A stretch of DNA of 64,000 nucleotides from contig CAWGLD010000001.1 of the NCBI GenBank assembly GCA_963823335.1, positions 448,001-512,000 of the forward strand. The letters run 5' to 3'. A program made the position numbers and the translations under genes. Every line of letters begins with the position of its first letter. The first letter of the stretch is position 1. A model generated the notes under the pieces. The model did no database searches. It was not told the DNA's origin and was given only the letters and a program-made list of their open reading frames with translations. The DNA is from an uncultured delta proteobacterium (GTDB lineage Bacteria; Desulfobacterota; Desulfobacteria; Desulfobacterales; B30-G6). Shown one piece after another: positions 48,662 to 59,575 of the stretch.

Positions 48662-49864
48662 TTACAGATGGGTTTTTGTGTCTTCTGCAGGCTGGTTTTC
48701 TGTCACCTGCTTGTCTGGAATGATGATGGAAGCGCCGTCTTCCAGAAGGTGTTGTCCCAAAACAACCACTGAACCGCTTAGGACGGGTGTGCGTATTTCA
48801 GTGATTTTGCTGTCCACAATACCGGGTGTAACCGCAACAAAGCGTGCGGTTTTTCCTTCCGGGTCCACAAGAAAGACCCCTTGTAAATTGTCGCGTTTGA
48901 TTATAGCAGCGGTGGGAACCACGGTGGCATTTTCATGTTTTTCGAACTGAATTTGGGCCCGCACAAACATGCCCGGCTTTAAGATCTTCTGGGGATTGGG
49001 TATTTCTATTTCGATTCTGGCTTCTCTGGATTTTTCTTTCAGGATCGGTGCAATTCGAAGCACCTTTCCGGAAAACGAACGATCTGGAAACGCATCGGTG
49101 GAAATCGCGGCCTCCTGGCCAATGTTTATTTTGGCATAGTCCTGCTCGACGACGTGAATGGCGGCGATCAGCGTTCCAATATCTATGATAGAAACGATCG
49201 GTGTATTGGCTGCCAGCATGGCACCCTCATCCACAAATCGTTCCCCCACCACCCGATATCCGGCCCTGTTGTTGCTGGGCACATGGATCTGGGTGTACTC
49301 GAGACGTACCTTGGCAACCCTCATGGCGGCCTCACTCTGGGCTACCCTGGCAAAGGCCACTTTCAATTTTGCCTCCTGGGCTTTCAAATCGGATAGGGAT
49401 GCATCCAATTGTGATTCAGAGGCAATCTTTTTTTCTCTCAAGGCAACAGCCCGCTCATGCTCCCGTTTGGCGTTTTCCAGGGCATTTTCCTGTTCCAGGA
49501 GATTGGCCTGCGCGACTTCGAGTTCGGCCCCGGCCTGGCTGACCTGCTGTTTGTATTCCGCGTCATCCAGAACGGCTATCAGTTGACTGTTTTGAAGTTC
49601 ATCACCAATATTGACCCATATCTTTTCAAGCCGCCCTCCGATTTTTGGGGCGATAACAAATGCTGCGTGGGGATACAAGGAGCCGCTGTAGCGGCCAATA
49701 TCCTGAACCGTTGCTTGTTGAACAGGTGCGACTTCAACGGCAACGGGTACATTTTTTCGCTCACGCTTGACGGCTTTTGTGTCACTGTTGACGCGTTGAT
49801 AAATCTGCCAGCCTAAAAAAGATAGACCCAGTAAAAGAATACCTATCAGAATTATTTTTTTCAT
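48662..49864 (-). CDS. RND periplasmic adaptor (MFP)
   Basis: N-terminal TM segment, coiled coil, LKPGMF. Confidence 0.92.
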   Translation of the reverse strand: MKKIILIGILLLGLSFLGWQIYQRVNSDTKAVKRERKNVPVAVEVAPVQQATVQDIGRYSGSLYPHAAFVIAPKIGGRLEKIWVNIGDELQNSQLIAVLDDAEYKQQVSQAGAELEVAQANLLEQENALENAKREHERAVALREKKIASESQLDASLSDLKAQEAKLKVAFARVAQSEAAMRVAKVRLEYTQIHVPSNNRAGYRVVGERFVDEGAMLAANTPIVSIIDIGTLIAAIHVVEQDYAKINIGQEAAISTDAFPDRSFSGKVLRIAPILKEKSREARIEIEIPNPQKILKPGMFVRAQIQFEKHENATVVPTAAIIKRDNLQGVFLVDPEGKTARFVAVTPGIVDSKITEIRTPVLSGSVVVLGQHLLEDGASIIIPDKQVTENQPAEDTKTHL

Positions 49865-50099
49865 GACAACGATAATTATTTGCTTTTTGATAAAGTATCA
49901 AGCAGAAAATAGGCTGCTTACATTTAAGACCGTAAGTCTTTTAGGCAGCTTTTGGTTTTCACCTTGATGGAGCGATCTGGTTGATTTAATGGAAATTACA
50001 TAATGGTCAAAGCTTCCCACAACATCTTTAAAGAATCTGTGAGACCCGCTTTAAAAGGATTGATATGCATGGTCCCGGCATGCTATTGCTGCAGCGCAT

Positions 50100-51365
50100 A
50101 TGTCTAAATCATCTCACGAACCCTATGGCGACCCCCATCGCTGGACGGTCTTTTCCGTCATCTGCCTGGTCTATTTCTTTGTCTATTTTCACCGGGTATC
50201 CACCTCCGTCATCGTACCGGACCTGTTGAAAGCCTTTGACACCCATGCTACGGCCCTGGGTCTCATGTCTTCCATGTATTTTTATATCTATGCCCTGGAG
50301 CAGCCTCTGGTGGGATACCTGACAGATCGCCTGGGTCCCGTGAGGGTCATCGGTGTGTGGTCTCTGGTGGCAGCCGTGGGGTGTTTCATGTTCGGTATGG
50401 CCCCGAATATCTTCTGGGCGTCTGTGGCAAGGGCGATTATCGGATTCGGTGTCGGGGGTGTCTATGTGCCAGCCATCAAGGCCTTCTCCCAGTGGTTCAG
50501 AAAAAAAGAATTTTCATTCATGATCGGTCTGCTCATGTCTGTGGGAAATTTCGGGGCCGTCATTGCCACCACACCCCTGGCCTGGTCTGTGGATTTGTGG
50601 GGCTGGCGTATAACCTTTTATGTCATCGGCGGAATCACGCTGATACTTGCTTTCGTGGCCCTGGTTTTCACGCGGGACAAACGAGATCCCCAGACCCCCG
50701 CGTCCCCGGCAAATTCAGCTGACGGGGAGGTATTTCCGGAAAGCTCCGTCTCTCAAATTCTGGTCTCGGGTCGATTGTGGCTCATGGCCACAATCTTTTT
50801 AGGCATTTATGGCACGGTCCTGACCTTCCAGGGTCTCTGGGCAACACCCTTTCTCATGTCAGCCCTCGGTATCGCCCGAATCCATGCCAGCAAGCTGAAT
50901 ATGCTGATACCCATCGGTTTCATCATCGGGTCGCCGTTGATTGGCTGGCTCTCAGAAAGGCTCTCGTGGCCCAAGATAACGACCCTGCGGGTCATTATGT
51001 TCATCAACATCATATCGTGGATCGGGATAACCTTCTGCCATGCATGGCTCGGTGCTGTCGGTCTGTCCGTAATGCTGCTGTGTATGGGCTTTGTGGGGGG
51101 CGGTTTCATCAGTGTTTTCTGGGGTGTCATCCGGGAAACAACCCCGGAAAAAAACCTGGGCATGGTCTCAGGGCTGCTCAACCCGGCACCCTTTTTGGGT
51201 GTGGCCGTTTTCCAGGTGATCACCGGCACCATATTGAACCGCACCGAGCGTGTGGATGGTCTTTACCCTTTGTCAGGTTTTAGCGATGCCTTTTCCGTCT
51301 GTGTTGTGGTTGTCGCTGTCTGCCTGGGAATGTCCTTTTTTTTAAGCAACGACCGAAAACAATAA
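50100..51365 (+). CDS. MFS transporter
   Basis: About 12 TM segments, GYLTDRLGP; same subfamily as the genes at 32051 and 33479. Confidence 0.9.
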   Translation: MSKSSHEPYGDPHRWTVFSVICLVYFFVYFHRVSTSVIVPDLLKAFDTHATALGLMSSMYFYIYALEQPLVGYLTDRLGPVRVIGVWSLVAAVGCFMFGMAPNIFWASVARAIIGFGVGGVYVPAIKAFSQWFRKKEFSFMIGLLMSVGNFGAVIATTPLAWSVDLWGWRITFYVIGGITLILAFVALVFTRDKRDPQTPASPANSADGEVFPESSVSQILVSGRLWLMATIFLGIYGTVLTFQGLWATPFLMSALGIARIHASKLNMLIPIGFIIGSPLIGWLSERLSWPKITTLRVIMFINIISWIGITFCHAWLGAVGLSVMLLCMGFVGGGFISVFWGVIRETTPEKNLGMVSGLLNPAPFLGVAVFQVITGTILNRTERVDGLYPLSGFSDAFSVCVVVVAVCLGMSFFLSNDRKQ

Positions 51366-51442
51366 CATCCCTGAATGCGTGCGTTTGCGGGCTGAGGTCA
51401 CCAAATGTACGGTTCATCAGGGTAATTGAGTTGTAAACAATT

Positions 51443-51508
51443 CGAACAGCAGAAGTAAAATAAGACACTTCGAAATTCGATATTCCTTGTTCGACATTCT
51501 GCGGTTCG
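51443..51508. repeat. Short inverted, heptamer-type repeat between convergent genes
   Basis: cgaacagcagaa...ttcgaaattcgatattccttgttcgacattctgcggttcg. Confidence 0.4.
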
Positions 51509-51532
51509 TTTTGAAAAAAAGCTGCTTACAGC

Positions 51533-52525
51533 TTACTGCTTATTGCTCATAGCTTCCAGCAACACCGGAATGAAGGTCTTCAGGTCTTCCACAATACAGA
51601 TGTCGGACAGATTGAAAATGGCAGCCATGGGATCGGTATTGATGGCCACGATGAATCCGGATCCTTTCATGCCGCTGACGTGCTGGGCTGCACCGGATAT
51701 ACCGCAGGCCAGATAAAGATCGGGTGTTACAGTGGCGCCTGTGACCCCTATTTGCCGGTCATAGCTCATCCAGCCCATGTCGATGACCGGGCGGGATCCG
51801 CACACCACTGATTGGGGAATCAGGGAAGCCAGCTTCCGTACAAGCTGGAGATTTTCTGCCTCACCAATGCCCCTGCCGGCAGAGACAATGACCCTGGCTA
51901 TTGACAGGTCCAGGTCACTCGTCTGGAATGCCGTGGTGGAAAGCGTGTCAGATGTCTGGGGAGCAACTGCCATTGATTCCAGATAAACCTTTCCCCGTGT
52001 CTGATCCTTTTTCGGTGTCGGCCCATATGATCCCGGTTGAACGGTAAGCACCGTTGTTTTCGTAGAAGACACCATGTCTGCGTTGATTTTGCCGCCGTAG
52101 ATATCCCTGGAAAAACAAAGTCTGCCCTGCTGAACAGATAGTGCGCTCACACCGGTAATACAGGCGGCATTCAGACGCATGGCCAGCCCTGGTGCAAAAT
52201 CCGATCCCCGGGAAGAATGGGCAATACAGATATGCTTGGGGGGGTGTTCCGCCAGGGCTTCATGCAAAACTGATTTATAGGCTTGGCCATTGTACTGTGC
52301 CAGTTGGGGCGCCGCTATGCCCAGGACATCCTTTCCCGTTTTTGTGGCCAGGCTTTCTGCAAGATCGTCCACCTTCTCCCCCAGAACCAGCATCTGAATT
52401 GGCGCCGGTCTGAAGTGCTGGAGCGCCTCGGCGAAATGCACCAGCTCATAGGTGACCGGCCGGATTTCTCCTTTAAAATGCTCGGCGATGACCACAATGG
52501 ATCCGGATTGTAGGATATTTCTCAT
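51533..52525 (-). CDS. etfA: Electron transfer flavoprotein alpha
   Basis: SAGRGIG, QIGVTG, GISGAAQHVSGM, AINTD. Confidence 0.93.
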   Translation of the reverse strand: MRNILQSGSIVVIAEHFKGEIRPVTYELVHFAEALQHFRPAPIQMLVLGEKVDDLAESLATKTGKDVLGIAAPQLAQYNGQAYKSVLHEALAEHPPKHICIAHSSRGSDFAPGLAMRLNAACITGVSALSVQQGRLCFSRDIYGGKINADMVSSTKTTVLTVQPGSYGPTPKKDQTRGKVYLESMAVAPQTSDTLSTTAFQTSDLDLSIARVIVSAGRGIGEAENLQLVRKLASLIPQSVVCGSRPVIDMGWMSYDRQIGVTGATVTPDLYLACGISGAAQHVSGMKGSGFIVAINTDPMAAIFNLSDICIVEDLKTFIPVLLEAMSNKQ

Positions 52526-52560
52526 GTTAAAAATGATGGTCTCATAATAAGTCCGAGTTA

Positions 52561-52685
52561 GACGGTTTTGTAAAAAGTTCAAATTCAAGGCGTGCAAATT
52601 TTGTAATCATGAGGCGTACTTTTCGTACGTTGAATGATTACGAAATGCAGCACAACGCAGAAGTTGGGCTTTTTACGAGACCGCC
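52561..52685. mobile_element. MITE-like element family B with imperfect TIRs
   Basis: gacggttttgtaaaaagt ... gctttttacgagaccgcc; internal tcaaggcg...caacgcaga; contains the etfB stop codon. Confidence 0.6.
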
Positions 52686-53458
52686 AAAAATGACCTGTCA
52701 GACAAAATGGTCAGCAACTGTTCCGCTTTCTGGGATGTCGATCCTTCCAGAAAAACACCATCCCGCGATTTTCCGGGCAAGGTCACCTGCTGCACGCTCT
52801 GCATCGGGGCAGATTCATCCGCCACATCCACGTGCAGGGTCTTCAGCTTCAGTTTGTTGGCCCGCAGCAGGTTTGACAGTGACGGATAGCGCGGCTGGTT
52901 GATACCGGTCTGAATCGTCAAGAGGGCCGGTAACTGCAAAGCAACCGCCTCCCGGTACCCCCCTTCTATCTCCCGCTCCACGCGCAGGCCCTCACCGGCC
53001 GACATGATCTTCACCTGAACGACGGCTGTTGCACACGGCAGGGACAGGTACTCGGCCATGAGGGGCCCTACCTGACCCTGCATCAGGTCTTCCGACATGG
53101 CGCCGCAGAAAATCAGGTCAGCACCCCTGGCTTCAGGTAAGCCCGCCATCCATCCGGCCAGGATGGACGGGTCCACAAACCCATCTGTGGGAGTGATGAT
53201 ATGTGTCCCATGGTCGGCCCCCATGCCTATGGCCCGTCGAATGACCGCCTCTGATCGCTCCGTACCAACGGACAGAACATGAATGCCCGTCCCGGGAAAT
53301 TGTTCCTTGATCTGGACAGCCGCTTCCACAGCACATTCATCGAAGTGGTTCATCCTGAAGGCCGATGTACCATGAATGGTTACCCATCGGGTGTCTTTGT
53401 CGATGGCGACGACGGCTTCGGATTCTGGAACCTGTTTTACACAGACGAGTAATTTCAT
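52673..53458 (-). CDS. etfB: Electron transfer flavoprotein beta
   Basis: CVKQVP, AIGMGAD, EREIEGG, INQPRYPS. Confidence 0.93.
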   Translation of the reverse strand: MKLLVCVKQVPESEAVVAIDKDTRWVTIHGTSAFRMNHFDECAVEAAVQIKEQFPGTGIHVLSVGTERSEAVIRRAIGMGADHGTHIITPTDGFVDPSILAGWMAGLPEARGADLIFCGAMSEDLMQGQVGPLMAEYLSLPCATAVVQVKIMSAGEGLRVEREIEGGYREAVALQLPALLTIQTGINQPRYPSLSNLLRANKLKLKTLHVDVADESAPMQSVQQVTLPGKSRDGVFLEGSTSQKAEQLLTILSDRSFLAVS

Positions 53459-53557
53459 ATAAAATCATTCCACGATTTTATAAAACGCGACGTTGTCGCT
53501 CCTATAATAAAAACTATGAGTTGCTATTGGCTGACAGGTGACACCTTATCCCAAAAT

Positions 53558-53703
53558 TAGAAGCTATCTGAAAAATAGGATTTTGGTTCAAGATCAAGGC
53601 GGGATTGCGTTTCAATCCGCAGGAATACTGACGTATTTTGAGGAATTGAAACACGATCCCAACACAGAGATTGGGCCAAAAGACATTTTTAAGATGGCTT
53701 CTA
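53558..53703. mobile_element. MITE-like element family B with 19-bp TIRs
   Basis: tagaagctatctgaaaaat ... atttttaagatggcttcta (2 mismatches); internal tcaaggcg...caacacaga; the terminal TAG is the thiolase stop. Confidence 0.75.
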
Positions 53704-54906
53704 GTAATTTTCCCTTTCGATAATGGTCGCCACCCCCTGACCGCCACCCACACACGCGTTGGCACAGCCATAACGCCCTCCTTTGGTCTCCAGGATACGC
53801 GCTAGAGTGCCTGTCAGACGAACACCGGTTGCTCCCAATGGATGGCCCAGGGCGGTACCGCCGCCCATGACATTGACCGTGTCAGGATCGAGACCCAGTT
53901 CCTTGATACAGTTCAAGGCCACGATACAGAAAGCCTCGTTGATTTCCCAGAAATCGATGTCCGACGCTTTCAAGCCGGCCTTTTCCAGCGCCTTCCTGGA
54001 AGCGGGAACCGGGCCATCTCCCATGATGGTGGGGTCCACACCGGCAAAACCGATGGAACGGATGGTTGCCAGGGGCTTGATGCCTTTCTTTCTGGCGGTC
54101 TCTTTGGACATCAGAATCATGGATGTGGCCGCAGCATTGAGGGGCGAAGAAATACCGGCCGTTATCACACCGTCTTTTTTGAATGCCGGTCTCAATTGGG
54201 AGAGACCTTCCAGGGTCGTTTCCGCCCGAACAGCCTGATCCGTGTCGACGGTCATGACGGAACCATCGTCCTGTTCTGCCTCGATGGGCAGAATCTCATC
54301 TTTGAAAAATCCTTCTGCCTGGGCTTTTGCAGCCAGTTGGTGAGACCGTACCCCCCATTTGTCCATGTCTTCCTTGGTGAAGTCGCACTGGGCAAAAAGT
54401 TTCTCCGCCGTCAAGCCCATGTTCATGCTGGTCATCATGTCCCAGTGCTGGTAGGAGGGGTCCATAAACAGACCCATGTTGGGAACGATGGCGCCGCGAT
54501 CGATCAGGGGGCCGCCCATGGGTACGCGTGTCATGTGCTCCATGCCGCCCACCATGACGATATCCGCAAAATCCATGGCTATCTCCATGAAACCGATGTG
54601 AATGCCGGCCATGGCCGAACCGCACTGCTGATCCACGAATTTTGCAGCGATGGTTTCCGGCAGGTTGGCCAGGAAAAGGGGAAAGCGGCCACCAAAGGTA
54701 AACTGTTCTGAAACACCCGTGGCGCAGCCCACGATAAAATCATCGATCTCTTTTGGGTCAATCCCGGTTTTTTTAATGACCTCAGGCAGAAGTTTTCCCA
54801 GCAACTCATCCGAGCGCATTTTGCAGAACCAGTCCCGTGCAGGATCGTTGGGACGGGATCGGGTTTGTGCGGTTCTCAAGTATCCTGCAATGACGACTTC
54901 TCTCAT
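53701..54906 (-). CDS. Acetyl-CoA C-acyltransferase (thiolase)
   Basis: QQCGS, NEAF, GHPLGATG, CVGGGQG. Confidence 0.93.
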   Translation of the reverse strand: MREVVIAGYLRTAQTRSRPNDPARDWFCKMRSDELLGKLLPEVIKKTGIDPKEIDDFIVGCATGVSEQFTFGGRFPLFLANLPETIAAKFVDQQCGSAMAGIHIGFMEIAMDFADIVMVGGMEHMTRVPMGGPLIDRGAIVPNMGLFMDPSYQHWDMMTSMNMGLTAEKLFAQCDFTKEDMDKWGVRSHQLAAKAQAEGFFKDEILPIEAEQDDGSVMTVDTDQAVRAETTLEGLSQLRPAFKKDGVITAGISSPLNAAATSMILMSKETARKKGIKPLATIRSIGFAGVDPTIMGDGPVPASRKALEKAGLKASDIDFWEINEAFCIVALNCIKELGLDPDTVNVMGGGTALGHPLGATGVRLTGTLARILETKGGRYGCANACVGGGQGVATIIERENY

Positions 54907-55002
54907 GATGGTACCTCCTATTCATCCTTTAAATTCGTTGATAGCTATTGTAGACGTTCAGTACGTTAAACAACTTACATAACGATAAACACAAAACACC
55001 TC

Positions 55003-57126
55003 TTAATAAAACGTCTTTTCCTTCTCCACCATCTCCTGGATCAGGGCCGCCGGCTTGAAATGAATGCCGTACTGAGCCTCCAGTTCAACGAGCTTCTTGA
55101 GGACCCTGGAAAGACCCCACGTGTCTGCATAGCGGAGTATGCCGCCCCGGAAGGGCGGGAACCCCGTTCCGTAAATCATGGCCAGGTCCATATCCTGAGG
55201 TCTGTCACAAATCCCCTCCTGGATCATGTATGCGGCCTCGTTGATGGCGTTTGCCAGCATCAGGTCCAGGATCTCCTGTTCCGCAAGCTGCTTGGCGACG
55301 ACGCCGTTGTCCGCAAGATAGGTCTGCACGACAGCTACGATCTTTTGATTCGGAACGGGTGTGGCACCACTGTAATCCATGTAACCGGCCCCGGTTTTGC
55401 GGCCATAGCACCCGGTCTTGTAAATCAGTTCCGTCAGGGGGTGAACCTTGTAACGTTCTCCCAGTCTTTTCTCGAAGGTTTTGTTGACGTGGTAATTGAT
55501 GTCGATGCCCGTGAGGTCGGAAAGCGCCGCCGGTCCCATGGGCATGCCGAAGTTGAGCATGGCCTGTTCCACGGCGGAACCATCGACACCGTCGGCTGTG
55601 AGATAGACGGCGCCACCCATCAAGCCACCCAACTGCCGGGAAACATAAAACCCAGGGCCGTCATTGACCACGATAGGTATTTTCTTGATCTGCCTCCCAA
55701 AGGCCACACTCGTGGCAAGGGTCTGGTCAGATGTCTGCTCGGCGCAGATGATCTCCAGAAGCATCATGCGATGGGCCGGGTTGAAAAAATGAAGTCCGAT
55801 CATTCTACCGGGATCGGAAAGTGCCGAAGCCATTTCCGTTATGGGCAGAGCGGAGGTATTGGTTGCAAACACGGTATAGGCAGGACAGATCCCCTCTAAC
55901 TGTTTCCATATATCCTGTTTGATCTCCATGTCTTCCACCACGGCTTCGATGACAAGGTCCACCCCCTTTAGATCCGCGAGGTCGGTGGTGGTCTTGAACT
56001 GTTTCTCCAGCATGTTTTCAAGATCTTCCTGTTTCATCTTGCGCTTCTTGATGGGAAAGGCAAATGTCTGGCGGACAGAAGCAACCCCTTTTTCAAGGGC
56101 TGTCTCGTTGATATCCCAGAGAATGGTTTCACATCCGTTTTTCAGCAGGAGGTTGACGATGCCGGAACCCATGACGCCCCCTCCCAGCATGGCCACCTTC
56201 TTGATGTTGGCCGGCGCGGTCCCTTCGATGCGCTCGAGTCTCCCGGCGGCGCGGGTATTCAAAAATATTCCGATAAGGTTTTCAGCCACGTCCGACACGG
56301 CACAGTCGGCAAACAGCTCCACCTCCCTTTCAAGGTCCTTATCCATGTCATAGCTCAGCCCCTCAGCGATGGCCAGCACCGCTTTCATGGGTGCCAGGTA
56401 ACCTTTGGACTGCGCCGCCACCATGGCCTTTGTAAACTCCATCATGGATTTTTTCTCTGCCGCACTCGGAATCCAGTGGTGCTGATTACGGGTCATCCGC
56501 GCCTTGATATTGAGCTGACCGCTGGCAAACCGCTGGGCGGTCTGCACAGCCTTTTCGATCAGTTTCCGGGCCTCCACCACAGTATCCACCAGCCCTCTCT
56601 GAAGGGCGACTTCGGCTTTGATAGGCTTTCCCAGAGTAATCATCTCCAGGGCATACCGCAGCCCGATCAGGCGGGGCAGACGCTGGGTACCACCTGCACC
56701 CGGAATCAGCCCGATCTGCACCTCCGGCTGACCCAGATTGACACCCCTGGCGGCTACACGGTAGTGACAGGCCATAGCAATTTCCAGACCGCCGCCAAGA
56801 CAGTTGCCGTTGATGGCCGCCACGATAGGCTTGGGGCCTGTTTCCAGGCTGCTGACGAAGCGGGTAAATTCGAGGGCCCGCCCCAGAAAAAGGTCGCGAT
56901 CCTTGATCCCCTGAATCTGGGTGATGTCCGCACCGGCAATAAAGTTTCCGCCGGTGCCGGTGATAACCAGGGCCTTGATATGGTCATCCTCGTAGGCCGC
57001 CTTCAGGGCCCGGGCAAGATCCTCCACAAAATGTTTCGAAAGCTGATTCACGGGCGGGTTGTTCATATTGAACACGGCCACACCCTCTTTCACTTCCACC
57101 TGGATGGTATTAAATTCGGTTTTCAT
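55003..57126 (-). CDS. Bifunctional enoyl-CoA hydratase/3-hydroxyacyl-CoA dehydrogenase (FadB/FadJ-like)
   Basis: [49 protein letters not shown]. Confidence 0.93.
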   Translation of the reverse strand: MKTEFNTIQVEVKEGVAVFNMNNPPVNQLSKHFVEDLARALKAAYEDDHIKALVITGTGGNFIAGADITQIQGIKDRDLFLGRALEFTRFVSSLETGPKPIVAAINGNCLGGGLEIAMACHYRVAARGVNLGQPEVQIGLIPGAGGTQRLPRLIGLRYALEMITLGKPIKAEVALQRGLVDTVVEARKLIEKAVQTAQRFASGQLNIKARMTRNQHHWIPSAAEKKSMMEFTKAMVAAQSKGYLAPMKAVLAIAEGLSYDMDKDLEREVELFADCAVSDVAENLIGIFLNTRAAGRLERIEGTAPANIKKVAMLGGGVMGSGIVNLLLKNGCETILWDINETALEKGVASVRQTFAFPIKKRKMKQEDLENMLEKQFKTTTDLADLKGVDLVIEAVVEDMEIKQDIWKQLEGICPAYTVFATNTSALPITEMASALSDPGRMIGLHFFNPAHRMMLLEIICAEQTSDQTLATSVAFGRQIKKIPIVVNDGPGFYVSRQLGGLMGGAVYLTADGVDGSAVEQAMLNFGMPMGPAALSDLTGIDINYHVNKTFEKRLGERYKVHPLTELIYKTGCYGRKTGAGYMDYSGATPVPNQKIVAVVQTYLADNGVVAKQLAEQEILDLMLANAINEAAYMIQEGICDRPQDMDLAMIYGTGFPPFRGGILRYADTWGLSRVLKKLVELEAQYGIHFKPAALIQEMVEKEKTFY

Positions 57127-57137
57127 ACATGACTCCT

Positions 57138-57352
57138 TTATTTAGCCTTCGGCCGTCATTGATGGTCATTAGCCCCGCGGGCGAAATATGTTGTCATTTC
57201 GCCTTCGGCTGTCATTAGCCCTGCGGGCAAAAGATATTGTCATTTCGCCTTCGGCTGTCATTAGCCCTGCGGGCGACATTAGCGCTGCGCGCGACATTTA
57301 TTGTTGCTGATAGCTCCTGGCTGAGATTAAAACTTAAAACCTAAAATTTAAC
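57138..57352. repeat. Array of 18-nt mini-hairpin units plus conserved flank (locus 1)
   Basis: Units gtcatta-gccc-tgc-gggc, gtcattt-cgcc-ttc-ggct, gacatta-gcgc-tgc-gcgc; then attgttgctgatagct and YTAAAAC heptamers. Confidence 0.85.
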
Positions 57353-57486
57353 ACGGTATTGTTTCCCCCTCAAACCTCGGTTAGGCTTTTAGGGGTTTAG
57401 ACTGTAGGCTGTTAGGTGCATTTTGCTCTCAGCTGTCAGCCACCCTCCAACCCTTGTATCCCCCACGAACCCTTGAACCCTCTTTT

Positions 57487-59304
57487 TTACACCCCCCCAA
57501 ACCCCGCATCTTCGATCTCAACGGCCGATCCATCAAAATCCTTTATCGAGACCATTTTACCGTGGGTCACTGGAAGGACCGTATTGATAAAAAACTTGGC
57601 TGACTGGATCTGGCCTTCGTAGAAGCTGACATCCTTTTTCTTGGCACCTTCCTGAAGTTTTTCAGAGGCAACAACGGCGCGCCATAGCAGCATCCACCCC
57701 ATGGTGACGTCCCCCATGACTTCCAGAAACGGAAATGCGTGGGCAAAGGCTTTTTTAAACTCGGGGGTCATGGCTTTCTGACCCAGGTGGAGGGCGGATT
57801 CTCCCAAGGCGTTCATGGCCGTTTCCAGCTTTTCGGCCAGGGGCACCAGGGTTTCTTGTTTCCTGGCCTGCGCGATGGTCTTTTGAATCTTTTCCAGAAA
57901 TTCCATGAAAACCTTTCCCTTTTTCATCCCCAGCTTTCTGGCCAGCAAGTCCATGGCCTGTATGCCATCCGTGCCCTCGTATATGGACGCTATTTTACAG
58001 TCTCTGGCAATCTGTTCAACCGGATACTCCCGGGTGTATCCATAACCGCCATACACCTGGATTGCCTCGATGCACACATCATATCCTCTCTGGGCACAGT
58101 AGGCTTTTACCACTGGTGTCAAAAGATCCGTCATGCCCTGATAGTGTTCCTTTTCTTCCTCATTCTCCGTGTTGGCCAGCTTGTCAAAACAGCGGACCGT
58201 ATAGTAGGCAAAACTGCGCATGCCATCCACATGGGCCTTCATCCAGAGGAGCATGCGTCTCACGTCAGGATGATTGATGATGGCTACCGGGGGCGCATCC
58301 CGTTCGGCGAATTTTTCCAGATCCCGGCCCTGCAGCCGTTCACGGGCATAGTTCACGGCATACAGATAGGCCGTGGTTGCATGGATAAAGGCCTGAAAAC
58401 CGACACCCAGACGGGCCTCGTTCATCATGTGGAACATGATGCGCATGCCATGGTTTTCCTCTCCCAGCAACAGTCCCCGGCAGTTGCCCTTACTCCCCAG
58501 AGACATGCTGCAGGTGGCGGAGGCGTGGATACCCATCTTCTCTTCGATACCGGTGCAGGTCACATCGTTGGGCTCACCCAGGCTGCCGTCCTCATTGACC
58601 CATATTTTTGGCACAATAAAGATGGAAATCCCTTTGGTTCCTGCAGGAGCGCCCTCTATGCGGGCAAGTACCGGGTGAATGATATTTTCCTGGAGATCGT
58701 GTTCACCGTTGGTGATAAATATTTTATCCCCCTTGATCGTGTAGGTGCCATCATCATTCTTCACAGCCGATGTGGTCAAGGCCCCGACATCCGACCCGGC
58801 GTTGGATTCCGTCAGGAGCATGGTTCCTCCCCATACACCGGTATAGAGCTTCTTGAGAAACATGGACTTCTGCAATTCAGTGCCAAAGAGCTCGACCATC
58901 TTGCCGGTGCCATGACCCATACGTGCATAGTTGACCAGCGGATAGTTGCCCCCCACAATGTATTCTGCCACAGCCATGCCGATACTGCTCGGCAATCCCT
59001 GGCCGCCAAGCTCCGGGTCTTCGTTCAACGCGGTCCATTCCCCCTCGATGAGAAGTTTGTGGGGTCTGTGAAAAGACTCGGGGACCTTTACCTGGCCCTT
59101 TTCAAAGCGCACTCCAGTCTGGTCCCCTTCTGCATATGTGGGCAAAAGCTCTTTGATTGCAAAGGTTCGCGCCTCTGAAATAATCATGTCAAAGACTTTC
59201 TTGTTGAGACCTTCGAATCTTTCATAAGCCAACAAGTCCTCAATCTTCATCTGTTCGTAAAGCACAAAATCCATGTCCCGACGATCTGCAATTACCTGTG
59301 CCAT
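57487..59304 (-). CDS. Acyl-CoA dehydrogenase (long, ~600-aa type)
   Basis: GTMLLTESNAGSD, GISIFIVPK, MMNEARL, QVYGGYGY, IYEGTDGIQ. Confidence 0.93.
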   Translation of the reverse strand: MAQVIADRRDMDFVLYEQMKIEDLLAYERFEGLNKKVFDMIISEARTFAIKELLPTYAEGDQTGVRFEKGQVKVPESFHRPHKLLIEGEWTALNEDPELGGQGLPSSIGMAVAEYIVGGNYPLVNYARMGHGTGKMVELFGTELQKSMFLKKLYTGVWGGTMLLTESNAGSDVGALTTSAVKNDDGTYTIKGDKIFITNGEHDLQENIIHPVLARIEGAPAGTKGISIFIVPKIWVNEDGSLGEPNDVTCTGIEEKMGIHASATCSMSLGSKGNCRGLLLGEENHGMRIMFHMMNEARLGVGFQAFIHATTAYLYAVNYARERLQGRDLEKFAERDAPPVAIINHPDVRRMLLWMKAHVDGMRSFAYYTVRCFDKLANTENEEEKEHYQGMTDLLTPVVKAYCAQRGYDVCIEAIQVYGGYGYTREYPVEQIARDCKIASIYEGTDGIQAMDLLARKLGMKKGKVFMEFLEKIQKTIAQARKQETLVPLAEKLETAMNALGESALHLGQKAMTPEFKKAFAHAFPFLEVMGDVTMGWMLLWRAVVASEKLQEGAKKKDVSFYEGQIQSAKFFINTVLPVTHGKMVSIKDFDGSAVEIEDAGFGGV

Positions 59305-59400
59305 TCTTTTTTATCTCCTTTCACTTATTTAAAACTTCTGATATTCTTCTCTACATATGATTGGATTAAACAATGTTCGAGAACATCTAAACCTGTTGCT

Positions 59401-59570
59401 GTCATTTATGGTCACTAGCCCTTTGGGCGACATTAGCGCTGCGCGCGTCATTTGTTCTACCGAACGTCAGTTGCCCTGCGGACGACATTAGCGCTGCGCG
59501 CGTCATTCATTGTTGCTGATAGTTGTTTGCTCCTGGCCGAACCTAAAACTTAAAACCTAACACCTAACCC
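59401..59570. repeat. Array of 18-nt mini-hairpin units plus conserved flank (locus 2)
   Basis: Five units at 59411-59501, then attgttgctgatag and cctaaaacttaaaacctaacac. Confidence 0.85.
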
Positions 59571-59575
59571 GTCCA

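Noticed and set aside
57739-59178. 479-aa plus-strand ORF
   Set aside because: Antisense shadow of the acyl-CoA dehydrogenase with no recognisable motifs
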